Shown here piece by piece: positions 38,591 through 49,441 of a stretch of 64,000 nt of DNA. Source of the stretch: Candidatus Hadarchaeota archaeon. GTDB taxonomy: Archaea > CAYQAE01 > CAYVLA01. A program made the position numbers and the translations under genes. The notes under the pieces were generated by a model, which worked only from the letters and a program-made list of their open reading frames with translations, searched no databases and had not been told where the DNA came from. Location of the stretch: contig CAZUNO010000015.1 of NCBI GenBank assembly GCA_964621445.1, forward strand, positions 1-64,000. Reading direction: 5' to 3'. Within the stretch, counting starts at the first letter, position 1, and each line of letters opens with the position of its first letter.

Positions 38591-39613
38591 ATGACCGGCC
38601 TGCTTACCAAGATCAGGGACTATGATCGGTTGCTGAGCGAGCTGGATGAGGCTAGAGAAAACCTGGCCCAGGCCAAGGCCCGTCTCGAGGAAATGGAGGC
38701 GGAGCTGGATAAGCTGAGGTCCCAGCTGGACAGCGCCCATGAAAAATTGAAGCGGGAGAGAAAGAGGAAGGCCAAGGAGGAGGAACGACGGGGGAAAGTC
38801 GAGGACCAGTTGGAGAAAAAGAAGCAGGAGATAGCCAAGCTGGAGTCCAGAATCGAGGAGCTGGGCCGGAGGGTGGAAACCAACACCACGGCTACCCTGA
38901 GCGAGGAAGCTGAAGTTGAAGGCGATGGGGTCAAGGAGTTTGTGGGCCAACAGAGGTTCCCATCCTCAGGGATTTGCATTAGTGCAAAGGTCCCAGATGA
39001 GGAATTTGCACAGTGGATCGATTCCGTTCCGGGCATGGCTCCATGGGCATCGAGGGTCGCCGGCGGACGGAAGGGACTGCTGGTATTCGCCTGTGGCACC
39101 AGGGCCGTGTTCCTTGAGCCCCCTCTCCCCCTTAAGGAGTCCCAAAACATTAGAGATACCGGCTTCGACTTCTCTGTGTTGGAAAACTCCCTGGGCAAAC
39201 CACGGGTGGGGTTTATTTCCCTTCACCGGGACCGGTATGCAGTCTGCCTCTTAAACGGGGCCCTGGAGAAGAGCAAGCTGGAACGAAAGTCGGTATTGGG
39301 ACGGTCCAGTAAAGGAGGTTTCAGCCAGGCACGCTTCTCACGGTCCAGACAGGACCAGGCAAAGCACCTTTTTCTGGAGGCGGACGGCGAGATAAAAGGA
39401 ATTTTGGGGGATGAGAACCTGGAGTACGTCCTACTTGAGGGCGATGACGTAACGGTTTCCAGTTTCCTGGAAAGCTCGGAGAGCCTGGATGAGAGAGACG
39501 TCGTTCGCTACACCATGTCCCAGAAGCTATCCCGGGACCTCCTGGATAGACTACCAAGCATGATATGGAGATGGAGGGCCTGGGTCTTCGACCTACCCTC
39601 CCCGGTAACCTAG
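38591..39613 (+). CDS. Vms1/VLRF1-type (aeRF1-related) peptidyl-tRNA hydrolase with N-terminal coiled coil
   Basis: SKGGFSQARFSRSR catalytic-loop motif; heptad-rich N-terminus. Confidence 0.75.
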   Translation: MTGLLTKIRDYDRLLSELDEARENLAQAKARLEEMEAELDKLRSQLDSAHEKLKRERKRKAKEEERRGKVEDQLEKKKQEIAKLESRIEELGRRVETNTTATLSEEAEVEGDGVKEFVGQQRFPSSGICISAKVPDEEFAQWIDSVPGMAPWASRVAGGRKGLLVFACGTRAVFLEPPLPLKESQNIRDTGFDFSVLENSLGKPRVGFISLHRDRYAVCLLNGALEKSKLERKSVLGRSSKGGFSQARFSRSRQDQAKHLFLEADGEIKGILGDENLEYVLLEGDDVTVSSFLESSESLDERDVVRYTMSQKLSRDLLDRLPSMIWRWRAWVFDLPSPVT

Positions 39614-40104
39614 CCCAGAGGATACCCGATTTTCCTGACTAGATTCCTCCGTTGCTCCACGTCCCGTTCGTTTTCTATGGCCTCCACCGCGTTTCCATCC
39701 ACAAAACCCAATACGCCCCGGCCCAGGTCCGTCTCCGCCACCAGCACCTGGCAAGGATTGGCCGTGGCTCCCGCAACATTACAGACGCCGGGAACGCTCT
39801 TCACCGCTCCCAACAGGTTCACGGGATATGCCCCGTTAACCATTATGACGAAGGCGTGGGAGGCAGCGATCCGCAGAGAATTTTCCGAGGCCAGTTCCTC
39901 TAGACGGTCATCATTACCGGTTACCCTGGTTAGTTTGGGCGCCGCCTCGTTCATGGCAACTCCCACCTTTACCTGGGGGACGGAGGCAACAATGGCCCTG
40001 AAGAGATCGTCACAGGTCTTCACCGTGAAATTTGCCATGCCCACGATGACCTGATCCTCCTCTTCCTTCTCAATGTTCACCGCCTCGATCTCAACTCCTG
40101 CCAT
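39610..40104 (-). CDS. Adenosine-specific kinase family (DUF355-like) protein
   Basis: GVAMNEA, GNDDRLEELA, YPVNLL, ATANP and ETDLGRGVLGFVDG motifs; C-terminal KIGY. Confidence 0.85.
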   Translation of the reverse strand: MAGVEIEAVNIEKEEEDQVIVGMANFTVKTCDDLFRAIVASVPQVKVGVAMNEAAPKLTRVTGNDDRLEELASENSLRIAASHAFVIMVNGAYPVNLLGAVKSVPGVCNVAGATANPCQVLVAETDLGRGVLGFVDGNAVEAIENERDVEQRRNLVRKIGYPLG

Positions 40105-40174
40105 GTATAGAGAATTGCATCCCTAGAAAATAAATATGCCGGGACATATTTTTGAGGTGGGCTGAAGTGAGGTA

Positions 40175-41410
40175 TTGAGCTTGAATTCAAGGACCATCCT
40201 ACTCGCACTGCTCCTGATCACGATTCCGGCAGCGGAGGCCATAACCGAGCTCGATGAAGGCATAGGATTGATGCTGCTGGGCGACGTGGGCAGGGCCGGC
40301 TCGCCGATAAACAACTGGCTGGACCGGGATCTAATCATCGACTACTTCGAGATCCCCATGGCCCAGAAATCGATGGTCAAGGAGGACCTGATCAAGTACA
40401 CCAACCTGTATTTTCCCAGGACCCTCGAACACCTGGTAGATATCTATGATATGATAGTGATTTGCGAGGAGGAGGAGCTCTTCGCCTGGTACACCTCGCC
40501 ACGACACCAGGAAATCATGTACCGGGCGGTGAAGGATGAGGGCGTGGCCCTGTTCAACTCCCTGCCCCACGAACACTACGAGGTCCAGGAGTGGGCAGAC
40601 ACCAGGCTATCCGAGACCATGCCCCACGACTACGAGAAGCTGTACATCAAGGTCATGAGGTCATGGACCCTGGAGATAAACGAGGATCCAAACCTCCCCC
40701 CGGTCTTCACCCCCTTCATCGAGCTGGGTATAGAGAAGTATCAGGGCCCCCATCTGGGCCGAATATACAAGAAGCCCGGGGCTACCACCTGGGCCCGGGC
40801 CGTGCCAATCAACGCGCCTTTCTTCATCAGCTGGGAATACGGCGAGAAGAAGGCAAGAACCTCGGTGACTGGCCACGACCTCGACGAGGCCTGGTGGGGT
40901 TCGACCTACAGGGGGAGTACCACCGAGAACCCATGGGGAGGGGACCTATTCCTGAACATCGTATACTGGTCGGTGGGAAAGGATCCAATTACAGATATAT
41001 CCATCGTCCGGGCAGTCAGGGATGAATATGCAAACTTCCTGATGCAGAGGGGAGTGACCCTGTCCCTGGTGGACTTCATAGACGACTTCGGAGCCAGCGT
41101 GGCCCCTCTGGAGCAGGAACTCAGGGAGATCACCAAAGGAAGGGCTGTGGCAAAGCGTCTATATTTCGAACAGGACTATGACGGGGCCTTGCAACATCTT
41201 CAATCAATGTTTAAGACCATGGAGAATATAGAAACGGAGGCCCTGGAACTCAAGAAAAAGGCCTTCCTCTGGATATACGTAATAGAATGGTCGGTGGTAA
41301 CCGCCTCCTTGATGGTGGTGGGCTTCATCACCTGGTCGTTAATGGTAAGAAGGCGACTTTACAGAAAGGTTGAGGTTACCAGAACGCAAAGCTCGGGCAA
41401 AACTGGATAA
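40175..41410 (+). CDS. Membrane-anchored GATase1-like paralogue P5
   Basis: Signal peptide; LYFPRTLEHLVDIYD, DFGASV and AFLWIYVIEW...LMVRRRLY motifs. Confidence 0.85.
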   Translation: MSLNSRTILLALLLITIPAAEAITELDEGIGLMLLGDVGRAGSPINNWLDRDLIIDYFEIPMAQKSMVKEDLIKYTNLYFPRTLEHLVDIYDMIVICEEEELFAWYTSPRHQEIMYRAVKDEGVALFNSLPHEHYEVQEWADTRLSETMPHDYEKLYIKVMRSWTLEINEDPNLPPVFTPFIELGIEKYQGPHLGRIYKKPGATTWARAVPINAPFFISWEYGEKKARTSVTGHDLDEAWWGSTYRGSTTENPWGGDLFLNIVYWSVGKDPITDISIVRAVRDEYANFLMQRGVTLSLVDFIDDFGASVAPLEQELREITKGRAVAKRLYFEQDYDGALQHLQSMFKTMENIETEALELKKKAFLWIYVIEWSVVTASLMVVGFITWSLMVRRRLYRKVEVTRTQSSGKTG

Positions 41411-41451
41411 TATTTATAGAATACAAAATCAATTAAGGGAAGTGATCAGGC

Positions 41452-41859
41452 ATGCTCTTGTTTCTGTTTAAGACGTCCAAATCGAAGAAGACGAAGGTCA
41501 GCGCCAGCAAGAAGGAAGAGATACCGATCAAGTACAGGATCGAACCAAAAAGCTCTTCACAAAATCCCGGCGACGAGGTCACATACAAGGTTACCATCAT
41601 CAACGACAGGCTGGACGAGGTGTCGGGGTCGGTGACCCTGACCCCGCCCAAGAAGTGGCCAATTGAATCAAAGGGCCAGGATTATGGGCCATTGAAGAAG
41701 GGGGAGGAAACACACCTGGAGTTTACCTTTACCATACCCGATGACGCCGAGACCGGATTCATCTACAAGGTAGCGGGAAACATAGACTACGGGATTGATA
41801 ACGTAGAATCCAGCGCCATGATCGAGCTGGTGGACTCCGGCGAGGAACTTCTCTGGTAG
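41452..41859 (+). CDS. NEW3/NPCBM-associated Ig-like domain protein
   Basis: VTLTPPKKW...GPLKKGEETHLEFTFTIPDDAETG pattern. Confidence 0.65.
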   Translation: MLLFLFKTSKSKKTKVSASKKEEIPIKYRIEPKSSSQNPGDEVTYKVTIINDRLDEVSGSVTLTPPKKWPIESKGQDYGPLKKGEETHLEFTFTIPDDAETGFIYKVAGNIDYGIDNVESSAMIELVDSGEELLW

Positions 41860-41877
41860 TTATTTAGAGGAACCCGC

Positions 41878-43281
41878 TTGATGGAAGTTCCGGAGGAGCT
41901 GACCTCCGAATTCAGGAAAACACGTGAACTATTGGAATCCTTCTCAACCGCCAATATAAACTGCCACCGGGACGCCGATGGCCTGTGCGGAGCGGCAATA
42001 ATTAAACAGCTATTGGAGAAATTCGGGATCTCCTGCAGTATACGATCCGTTTTGCCCAATGACCTACGGGTTTTGGAACCCTCTAAAGGCCTGGATGTGT
42101 TCGTGGACGTGGGAAGTGGGCAGCTCTCCCATCTGCAAAGCTTTCAACAAGGAGCCCTAGTGGTTGATCATCACCCTCCTCAGGGGAGGGAGAGCGACAA
42201 TCTGGTTCATTTAAACCCCAACAAAATTGGCTTCGATGGTTCAACCGAGGTGAGCGGAGCGGGCATGGCCTTTCTGCTTTCGAGGAGCCTGGGAGCTGGA
42301 GGCGGTCTGGCCAAGCTGGCGGTGGTGGGGGCCATAGCGGACAGGCAGGACCTTTTAGGGGATCTCAGAGGCTTAAATGCCGGGATACTGAGGATTGCGG
42401 TAGAAGAGGGCTCCGTTAAGGAGGAGAAGGATGTCCTACTCTTCGGCAAGGAGAGCCGACCGCTCCACCTGGCCCTGAAATACTTTAACGACCCGCCAAT
42501 ACCTGGCGTTTCTGGCCTGGAGGCAGGGTCCATGCAGCTTTTGGCCGATCTTGATATCCCTCTTCGGGAGGGAAAGAGGTTCAGGACCCTTCACGATCTG
42601 GATAAAGAGGAAAGAAGGAGATTAGCATCGGAGTTGGTGGTGAGGAGCATAGGGAGCGTTTCTCCAAACGTATCCACATATATACCGAAGATGATCATCG
42701 GCAGCACCTACAGGATGGTGGGCGAGGACCGACCCCTTCAATACGCCAGGGAGTTCGCGACATGCGTTAACTCAGCAGCGAGGATGGGACTGGAGCGGGA
42801 TGCGGTGGACATGCTGGTCGGTGATCGTTCGGGAAGCTACCAGAGGGTGCTTGAGGGCCTTGAAAGGTACCGAAAGCAGCTCTCCGTCCACATACGAAGG
42901 GTGGTTTCCAGCGGGATTGAAACTGCTGAAAATGGCTACCTTCAGTATTTCAAGGAACCTGAGGTCCCGAGAAATATTGTGGGACCGGTAACAGGTCTAG
43001 TGCTGGGAAGTGGAGCAGCAGATATAAGGAGACCGCTTGTCGGCCTGTCACCTGATGAACCTACAAAGGCCTCGGCAAGATGCTCAAAGACCCTGGTCCT
43101 GGAGGGTATGGACCTATCCGTATGTGTGGAAAGGGCCGCGGCCAGCGTTGGAGGGGAAGGGGGCGGACACCGGGGAGCGGCAGGCGCTTTTTTCAGAACC
43201 GGTTATGAGGAGGTTTTCCTCCATAATCTGGAGGATCTGTTGCTAGACCAGGTGAGGTCTAGGGACATTCCAGTAACTTGA
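41878..43281 (+). CDS. DHH-family RecJ-like phosphoesterase (GAN/HAN/Cdc45-related)
   Basis: HRDADG, DVGSG, VVDHH, EVSGAG, GAIADRQD and GGGHRGAAG motifs. Confidence 0.9.
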   Translation: MMEVPEELTSEFRKTRELLESFSTANINCHRDADGLCGAAIIKQLLEKFGISCSIRSVLPNDLRVLEPSKGLDVFVDVGSGQLSHLQSFQQGALVVDHHPPQGRESDNLVHLNPNKIGFDGSTEVSGAGMAFLLSRSLGAGGGLAKLAVVGAIADRQDLLGDLRGLNAGILRIAVEEGSVKEEKDVLLFGKESRPLHLALKYFNDPPIPGVSGLEAGSMQLLADLDIPLREGKRFRTLHDLDKEERRRLASELVVRSIGSVSPNVSTYIPKMIIGSTYRMVGEDRPLQYAREFATCVNSAARMGLERDAVDMLVGDRSGSYQRVLEGLERYRKQLSVHIRRVVSSGIETAENGYLQYFKEPEVPRNIVGPVTGLVLGSGAADIRRPLVGLSPDEPTKASARCSKTLVLEGMDLSVCVERAAASVGGEGGGHRGAAGAFFRTGYEEVFLHNLEDLLLDQVRSRDIPVT

Positions 43282-44287
43282 AGGACGCACCGTCATACTC
43301 TTCCGGCAGTTCTCCCATCGTATAGCCCCTACCCGTGGTTTCGCAGTAGTAATAGCGGCGCTCGGAGTCCTCCTGGGGTGAGAAATACACTCCCCCGATC
43401 CCCTTTTCCCCCGCTATTCCCACGCCCATATGCTCGTCAACGATTATTAATGCAGCACCGTAGCCCAGGTGTTCCTCATTTGACATCAGGGAGGCAAATA
43501 GAAGAGATGTGTCCTCACAGTCCCCTCCCCCATCATGAAGGGTTTCAACCGGGTATTTGGGATAATCGTTTCCCTCTGCCTCCTGGTCCGCGGAGTAGGG
43601 CATCTCCTGTACGAAGGAAAGGATGAAGTTAGCCTGTTGGTGTGGGTCAAGTCCTGCAAGTTCTCCGTAGAAACCCAGGAGGTGGGCCAGTGATTCCACG
43701 GTGGGGTGGTTGGGGCTCAGGTATTTGAGATAGTCCTGGTAGGAATACAGCGCCCTATCCTGTTCTAGTCCCTGCAGGTCGGTGAGGGGTTGGGAGAGGC
43801 ATAATTTCCAGGTATACCCGTTAAAAGTCCAGTTAAAGCTCCTTGAGGTAGAGGGCTTCCCGACCACCACCGTTGCCCCCAGGGCGTGTTTTCCTTGCAC
43901 GGTGTCCCCCGATGGATCGATGACCAACATTATGGGATTCACCCCTGCAGGTAGCGCCAAGCGGTCCTCGAATGTCAGGTTTGCGGTCTCACCGTTTTCC
44001 AGGTTCGGGATGGTGGCCCTTGAAACCTCCTCGTCCCCGATAAAGAGGCAGAGCGTGGCGGTGCCCGAATCGCCTTTTCCTCCGTTCTCGATCAGGGCAG
44101 ATATGGTGACCGCCTGGCCAGCATCCGGCTGGTGTGGGCTTATGCCCATGCCTCCTATCCGGAGCGCGGAGGACCCCCCTCCGGGGGTTCCGGGGTCAAG
44201 AATGGCCCTTATGTCCTCGATATCTTCCGAGATACAGCCAAGAGTAAGGCAGGCGATCAAAATACAGGCTAGGCCAAACGCCCCCAT
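43259..44287 (-). CDS. Lipoprotein with CARDB domain and transglutaminase-like domain
   Basis: Lipobox-like LTLGC; CARDB-like Ig segment; YPKYPVETL..GGDCEDTS, HMGVGI and YYYCETT motifs. Confidence 0.8.
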   Translation of the reverse strand: MGAFGLACILIACLTLGCISEDIEDIRAILDPGTPGGGSSALRIGGMGISPHQPDAGQAVTISALIENGGKGDSGTATLCLFIGDEEVSRATIPNLENGETANLTFEDRLALPAGVNPIMLVIDPSGDTVQGKHALGATVVVGKPSTSRSFNWTFNGYTWKLCLSQPLTDLQGLEQDRALYSYQDYLKYLSPNHPTVESLAHLLGFYGELAGLDPHQQANFILSFVQEMPYSADQEAEGNDYPKYPVETLHDGGGDCEDTSLLFASLMSNEEHLGYGAALIIVDEHMGVGIAGEKGIGGVYFSPQEDSERRYYYCETTGRGYTMGELPEEYDGASFKLLECP

Positions 44288-44315
44288 GACCCGACTTGGG
44301 CAGGGTTCTTTCCCT

Positions 44316-45692
44316 TCATGAGAAGTAGTTACTTGCCTCTTCAACGCTGTTGAAACCGTATTCGATACTCGAAAATCTTTTTCTTAATTCCGTGGCCTGG
44401 TTGCGAAGTTCCCTATAGCTGGTGGACTTGCCCTTCATTACCCGGATCATGAGGTCACAGAGGTCCTGGATATCGGGTTCCTTGAATCCCCTTCTAGTTA
44501 CCTCCTGGAACCCTATTCTCAGACCCGAGGGGTCCTTGGTCTTTCCTGGATCATCGTAGGGCATCAGGTTACGGTTAACGATAATATTGGCCCTCTCCAG
44601 GTTATCGGCCACCTTTCCGCCTCCTCCGTGATCGGTTACATCGACGGCTATTTGATGGGACATGGTGAACCCCTTGTCCTCTCCCAGCACCTTCAGACCT
44701 TGTTCGTGGAGATATTCCCCTGCCTTCCTGGCATTGTTAACCGTTTGCTCGGCGTACTTCTTACCAAAGACCCACATCTCCACCGCCGATAGCCCCAGGG
44801 CGGGAAGTCGTCTCAGGTGATGGTTGGAAACCGAAAGCGGGAAGACGCCTTTCTGTACAGCTCTGGCCGCGGTTCGTCTCTTCTTGCTAAGCCTACCTTT
44901 ATCATCTCTTAGGTCGGCCATGACCACTCCCCCCTGAGGACCGGGAAAGGTCTTGTGAGTGGAGGCGGTTAGGAAGTCCACTCCCTCCTCGAAAGGTTTC
45001 TGGAACTGCCCCCCTGCTATCAGGCCCAGGACATGCGCGGCGTCGTATACTATGTAGGCCCCAACCTCCCTTGCAGCTTCAGCTATCTCCTTGACCGGGT
45101 GAGGAAACAGGTACAGGCTGCCACCAAAGGTGACGATGCCTGGCTTGGCAGCCTTGATTATCCTGGCCGATTGGTCGGGATCTATATTCATCTCCTGGAG
45201 GTCGAAGGCATGATCTATGGTCTCGAGTCCCACTACCTGCCCTGCCAGGCCGGTGTAGTCATGGGATATGTGGGCGCCGAAGTTGACCGGAGCCACCACC
45301 ATCTTGTCGTTCCCGGTTGCATTGCTCAGTCCCTTGAAGGTGGCCAGGTTGGCCACCGTCCCGGAGACCGGTCTGATGTCGATGAAATCGGCTCCGAACA
45401 GACCCTTCATTAGTTTGGCCGTGTCCTTCTCTATCTTGGACATGTATCTCTGGCCCTGGTAGTGCCTGACCTTGGGATATCCCTTTAGATCATTTGAGCC
45501 CTCGGCGTAGCGGTGCCATAGGTCCTGGGATATCCCGTACAGCTCCCGGACTGCAGGGGAGGGACAGCCCTCGCTGGCAATTAGGTTTATCGTCTCCTCG
45601 CCGCGCCATTTTTCATGATTTTTGGTTGCTTCCAGGAGATTCTTCAGATCCGTGCCAATGTCAATTTTTTTCAACGGCTTCACTTCTGCCAA
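44316..45692 (-). CDS. glyA: Serine hydroxymethyltransferase
   Basis: INLIASE, RYAEG, GAHISH, YDAAHVLGLIAG, STHKTFPGPQGG and SGLRIG motifs. Confidence 0.96.
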   Translation of the reverse strand: MAEVKPLKKIDIGTDLKNLLEATKNHEKWRGEETINLIASEGCPSPAVRELYGISQDLWHRYAEGSNDLKGYPKVRHYQGQRYMSKIEKDTAKLMKGLFGADFIDIRPVSGTVANLATFKGLSNATGNDKMVVAPVNFGAHISHDYTGLAGQVVGLETIDHAFDLQEMNIDPDQSARIIKAAKPGIVTFGGSLYLFPHPVKEIAEAAREVGAYIVYDAAHVLGLIAGGQFQKPFEEGVDFLTASTHKTFPGPQGGVVMADLRDDKGRLSKKRRTAARAVQKGVFPLSVSNHHLRRLPALGLSAVEMWVFGKKYAEQTVNNARKAGEYLHEQGLKVLGEDKGFTMSHQIAVDVTDHGGGGKVADNLERANIIVNRNLMPYDDPGKTKDPSGLRIGFQEVTRRGFKEPDIQDLCDLMIRVMKGKSTSYRELRNQATELRKRFSSIEYGFNSVEEASNYFS

Positions 45693-45739
45693 CTGGTCCG
45701 CATAGGGCCTGGGCAGAGGGGCTTAAAAGTTGTCTCTCC

Positions 45740-46558
45740 CTATTCATCCGGAGCTAGATAGAGGGTGGAGGTAACTGCAGCGTGATCGGAGGCCTTGATC
45801 CCGGAGGGGTCCTGGCCATCTATGAGGGATACCTCCCCAACATCGGTACGGGTCCAGGGAGAGGGTGAGGTGAAGATAAAGTCTATCCTCCCCTCCTCGT
45901 GGGTCTTGTCGTCCTCTTTGATAGTTCTCCTATTCCGCACCGGGGCTTCCTCCCAGGTGTCGACAAGGTTTCCCATAACGGTTTGATTATCCAGCTTTTC
46001 CCTTCCAGTAAGGATCCTGATCGGCGTGTCCTGGGGAACACAATTGAAGTCCCCCACCACCAGCTTTGGTAGGTGGGAGTTGAAGGAGCTCAGGAACCTC
46101 AATAGCTCCACCGCATTTCTAGGCCGCATTTTAGGGCTGAGGGAGAAGTGGGTGACGAAGAAGTGTAGATCCCCTGCGGGAAGGTTCAGAGTGCCGTTGA
46201 AAACGATTCTCTGGTGAACATCCTTCTCATCCTGGGGATCCCGGGTCAGCTCCAGGTAGGCGGTGGATTCTATGGGGTACCTTGACAGAATTCCAACCCC
46301 CTCCACCTTCCTTGGGGTCCTGGAGTAGACCATTGCCGGTTGGAACTGGTAATCGAGGCCGGTACGATCGGCGATCTGTTTCGCCTGGTGGTGACCAAGG
46401 GAGTTAAAATTCCTGTCGTCTCTTAGTTCCTGTAACCCGACTATGTCCGGGTCTGTCTCCAGGATATTCTCCACGATCATCCTGCGCCTCTGAGGCCAGG
46501 GCTCGTTGTAGTTCCATATGTTATAGGTCATTACCTTGAGTTTCATCGAGTTGGCCAT
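45740..46558 (-). CDS. Endonuclease/exonuclease/phosphatase family protein
   Basis: VMTYNI, DIVGLQE, VTHF, GDFN, RIDFIF and ASDH motifs. Confidence 0.92.
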   Translation of the reverse strand: MANSMKLKVMTYNIWNYNEPWPQRRRMIVENILETDPDIVGLQELRDDRNFNSLGHHQAKQIADRTGLDYQFQPAMVYSRTPRKVEGVGILSRYPIESTAYLELTRDPQDEKDVHQRIVFNGTLNLPAGDLHFFVTHFSLSPKMRPRNAVELLRFLSSFNSHLPKLVVGDFNCVPQDTPIRILTGREKLDNQTVMGNLVDTWEEAPVRNRRTIKEDDKTHEEGRIDFIFTSPSPWTRTDVGEVSLIDGQDPSGIKASDHAAVTSTLYLAPDE

Positions 46559-46648
46559 GCCCCATACCGGTGTAATGGGTCTCGATCATCTCTTAAAAAC
46601 TGGTCCGTGGACCCATATTAGGTGTATCAGAAATCCGCAACGCCGGGA

Positions 46649-47992
46649 TCAATCCCTGATCGGACCGCCAATCCTGTAGGATGCGCCGGGGATAGCGTTT
46701 CTCCCATCGACGACCCTGTCACCGATCTCGCTGAGCTGCTTGTCCCGTTCCCTGTATTCCTGGTGTGCGGTAACCAACACAAGGCAATCACATTTCAGGG
46801 CCCGGTCAAAGCTGGCAGGGGTGTAACCCATCGACTGCAGTTCCTGATCCGAGAAAAGCGGGTCGTTGAGGAGGACCTGGCCGTAATCGGATAGTAGGTC
46901 CAGCAGTTTCAGCGCGGGTGAGAATCTGGTCTCCTTTACCCCAGCTCTAAAGGCCAGTCCCAGGACCCCGATGGAGGATGTCGATGGTTCAAGGCCCTGG
47001 TCCTCGATACACCGATCCACCAAATTCTTTAGATGCCCGGGCATGGAATCGTTCACCCTTCTGGCCTCTTCGATAAGCTCTACATCCGTCCCGTACTGGT
47101 GGCCCTTGGTTATTATGAACCAGGGGTAGACTGGTATGCAGTGACCCCCGACCCCGCTCCCGGGCAGGTGGATGTGGCAATAGTCCTCGGTTTCGAGGTT
47201 AGCGGCCCTTATGACCTCCCAGGCGTCAACGCCGTGTTCCTGGCAAAAAAGGGCCAGTGTATTGGCATAGGCGATGTTAACGTCCCTGTATACCCCCTCC
47301 GAGACCTTTACCAGCTCAGCCGTTTCCAGGGATGAGACCTTTACCACCTCCCCAAAAGCGGTGTACAGACCGGCAGCCGAGTTGGTGCTTCTATCATCGA
47401 TTCCCCCCACGATCTTTGGATACTTATACAGATTACGAATTACCCGACCGGTCATGAGTCTTTCCGGCGCGTGTACCAGGCCGAAATCCTTTCCCGCCTT
47501 TAGGCCCGATTCCTCCAGCATGGGCAGGATATGCTCCCGAACGGCCCCCGGTGGCATCGTGGTCTCGATTATTACCAGATCACCCTTTTCAAGCCCCTTG
47601 GCGGCCTTGGTGCAGGCCTCCTTCATCTGGGAGAAGTCGGGGTTCCCCCTGTTATCAACCAGCAGGGGAACGAGTATCAGGATCACGTCGGACTCCTGTG
47701 CCGCTCTCACGGCATCGGTCGTGGCCCGTAGACGATCATCAGCCACCACATCGGCCAGGATCCGGTCAAGCTCCGGCTCCTCCTTTATGGGGCATTTTCC
47801 CTGGTTTACCTGGTCGACTAGTTCCTGGTTCCGTCTCACCCCGATAACCCTTGCTCCCTCTCGGGCCAGGAGCGCGGCAAGGGGAAGGCCCATCTTCCCG
47901 ATTCCCACCACATCGATGGTTATGTTGCCCGACTGCATTAGGGAGGAGACTTCGTCCTGGGAAAGGCCGTATATCTTGACCAACGTATTCAC
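46649..47992 (-). CDS. Nucleotide-sugar dehydrogenase (UDP-N-acetyl-mannosamine/glucosamine dehydrogenase family)
   Basis: GIGKMG, ETTMPPG, APERL, YRDVNIA, GVGGHCIPVYP and LGLAF motifs. Confidence 0.93.
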   Translation of the reverse strand: MNTLVKIYGLSQDEVSSLMQSGNITIDVVGIGKMGLPLAALLAREGARVIGVRRNQELVDQVNQGKCPIKEEPELDRILADVVADDRLRATTDAVRAAQESDVILILVPLLVDNRGNPDFSQMKEACTKAAKGLEKGDLVIIETTMPPGAVREHILPMLEESGLKAGKDFGLVHAPERLMTGRVIRNLYKYPKIVGGIDDRSTNSAAGLYTAFGEVVKVSSLETAELVKVSEGVYRDVNIAYANTLALFCQEHGVDAWEVIRAANLETEDYCHIHLPGSGVGGHCIPVYPWFIITKGHQYGTDVELIEEARRVNDSMPGHLKNLVDRCIEDQGLEPSTSSIGVLGLAFRAGVKETRFSPALKLLDLLSDYGQVLLNDPLFSDQELQSMGYTPASFDRALKCDCLVLVTAHQEYRERDKQLSEIGDRVVDGRNAIPGASYRIGGPIRD

Positions 47993-48047
47993 CGGATGGT
48001 GTGGCAGATGGAAAGCGACCGTTAAATGTCTTCTCTGAGTTCACGAA

Positions 48048-49322
48048 TCAGGGAGAATATACCGGCCAGGTCTCCGGTCCGTCCGGCAGCACCAGAATCT
48101 TGGCATCCTCACCCAGCCTGTCTATGGCGTTCCGTATGCCCTGCTCCACGCTGTCGATCGGCTTGAGCCACATACCCCTGGCCTTCTGGTCATCTATATT
48201 CTCGGAGAAAAGGGATATCTGGGCCTTGGAAAGAATACGGGCAAGTATCTGTGTCTGCCACTGATCGATTACGAAGAAGTCCGGGGAGTGTACCTGTTCC
48301 AGGAACCTCTCCGGGGAGCCGGCCTCCAGGATCATGTTCTCAAAGGTCTGGTGTCCAATACCGTCGGAGCACTCGGCGGCCATGATTATCTCGCCGCCCT
48401 CCTTGATCACGTTCTCCGGGGTGGTCATCCCCTTGACTGCCTGGTATAGGTTCAGGTCCAGGGGATATCCGCTGTTATTGGTGATGGCGATATCCACCTT
48501 CTCCTCGATGGGTATCTTGGATTTCTGGGAAACGAATTCGGTTCCCTTTCGGTGGGCCTCCACTACATCTCCTGAGAAAACCCTGGTGATTTCCTTCTCC
48601 CGGTTGAGGGTAACGTTCACTATGAAGTCGACCCCCACCTTCTCTGCGGCCTCAACCCCGTCCTCATATATTGGATTGCCCTTTGAAATTCCGGTCCTGG
48701 CCTTGGGATGCCCGATGTGGTCCGCACCGTGGTTTACGGCGATGCTATCCTTGCCCGCGCAGCCGGGAAGTATTGCCTTCCGGCCTCCGGTGAACCCGGC
48801 GAAGAAGTGGGGCTCTATGTACCCGGTCAAAATCCTGAATTCAGCCTTATGAAGGACCTTATCTATCCATATCGGGGTTCCATTATTGGTGTCTCCCAGG
48901 TAGACCTGTGATTCCTTATTGCGGGCATCGTGGTTAACAACCTCTACCCGGTTAAGTACCGCGGCGCCGAGCATTTCCTCCAGTTCGTCCTTTGTATTGG
49001 GCCTGTGAAGACCAGTCGCCACCAGTATGGTTATGTCTTCGTCCTCTACCCCAGTGGCGTTTAGTTCGCTGAGGATGGCAGGGACCAGGAGGTGGCTGGG
49101 AACCGGTCTCGTCTTGTCCGAAACCACGATGGTGGTCTTTGTTCCCGGTTCGACTAGGTCCGGTAGGGGACGGGAGGCTATGGGATTCTTCACGGACTCC
49201 ACAATGGCCTGGTAGGCGTCGTCCACGCCGGGAACGAACTCCGGCTCGGCAACCTTGTATAGATTCTCGTCAGGCACGTCGATGTATAGACCCTTCTTAC
49301 CGTAAGCGATCTTGATTCTCAA
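48048..49322 (-). CDS. larA: Nickel-dependent lactate racemase family protein
   Basis: SDKTRP, ATGLHR, VNHD, EPHFFAGFTGGRK, GYPLDLNLYQAVKG and DQWQ motifs. Confidence 0.92.
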   Translation of the reverse strand: MRIKIAYGKKGLYIDVPDENLYKVAEPEFVPGVDDAYQAIVESVKNPIASRPLPDLVEPGTKTTIVVSDKTRPVPSHLLVPAILSELNATGVEDEDITILVATGLHRPNTKDELEEMLGAAVLNRVEVVNHDARNKESQVYLGDTNNGTPIWIDKVLHKAEFRILTGYIEPHFFAGFTGGRKAILPGCAGKDSIAVNHGADHIGHPKARTGISKGNPIYEDGVEAAEKVGVDFIVNVTLNREKEITRVFSGDVVEAHRKGTEFVSQKSKIPIEEKVDIAITNNSGYPLDLNLYQAVKGMTTPENVIKEGGEIIMAAECSDGIGHQTFENMILEAGSPERFLEQVHSPDFFVIDQWQTQILARILSKAQISLFSENIDDQKARGMWLKPIDSVEQGIRNAIDRLGEDAKILVLPDGPETWPVYSP

Positions 49323-49441
49323 TTCAACCGGATATATATCGCGCTTTCACATTAAGAGTCTTTTCCCAAACCTCCTTTCCCTGCCGTGGACGACCAAGAT
49401 TTTTCTACTAGTAGAGGTCAAGTAGCAGCTCGGGATGTCCA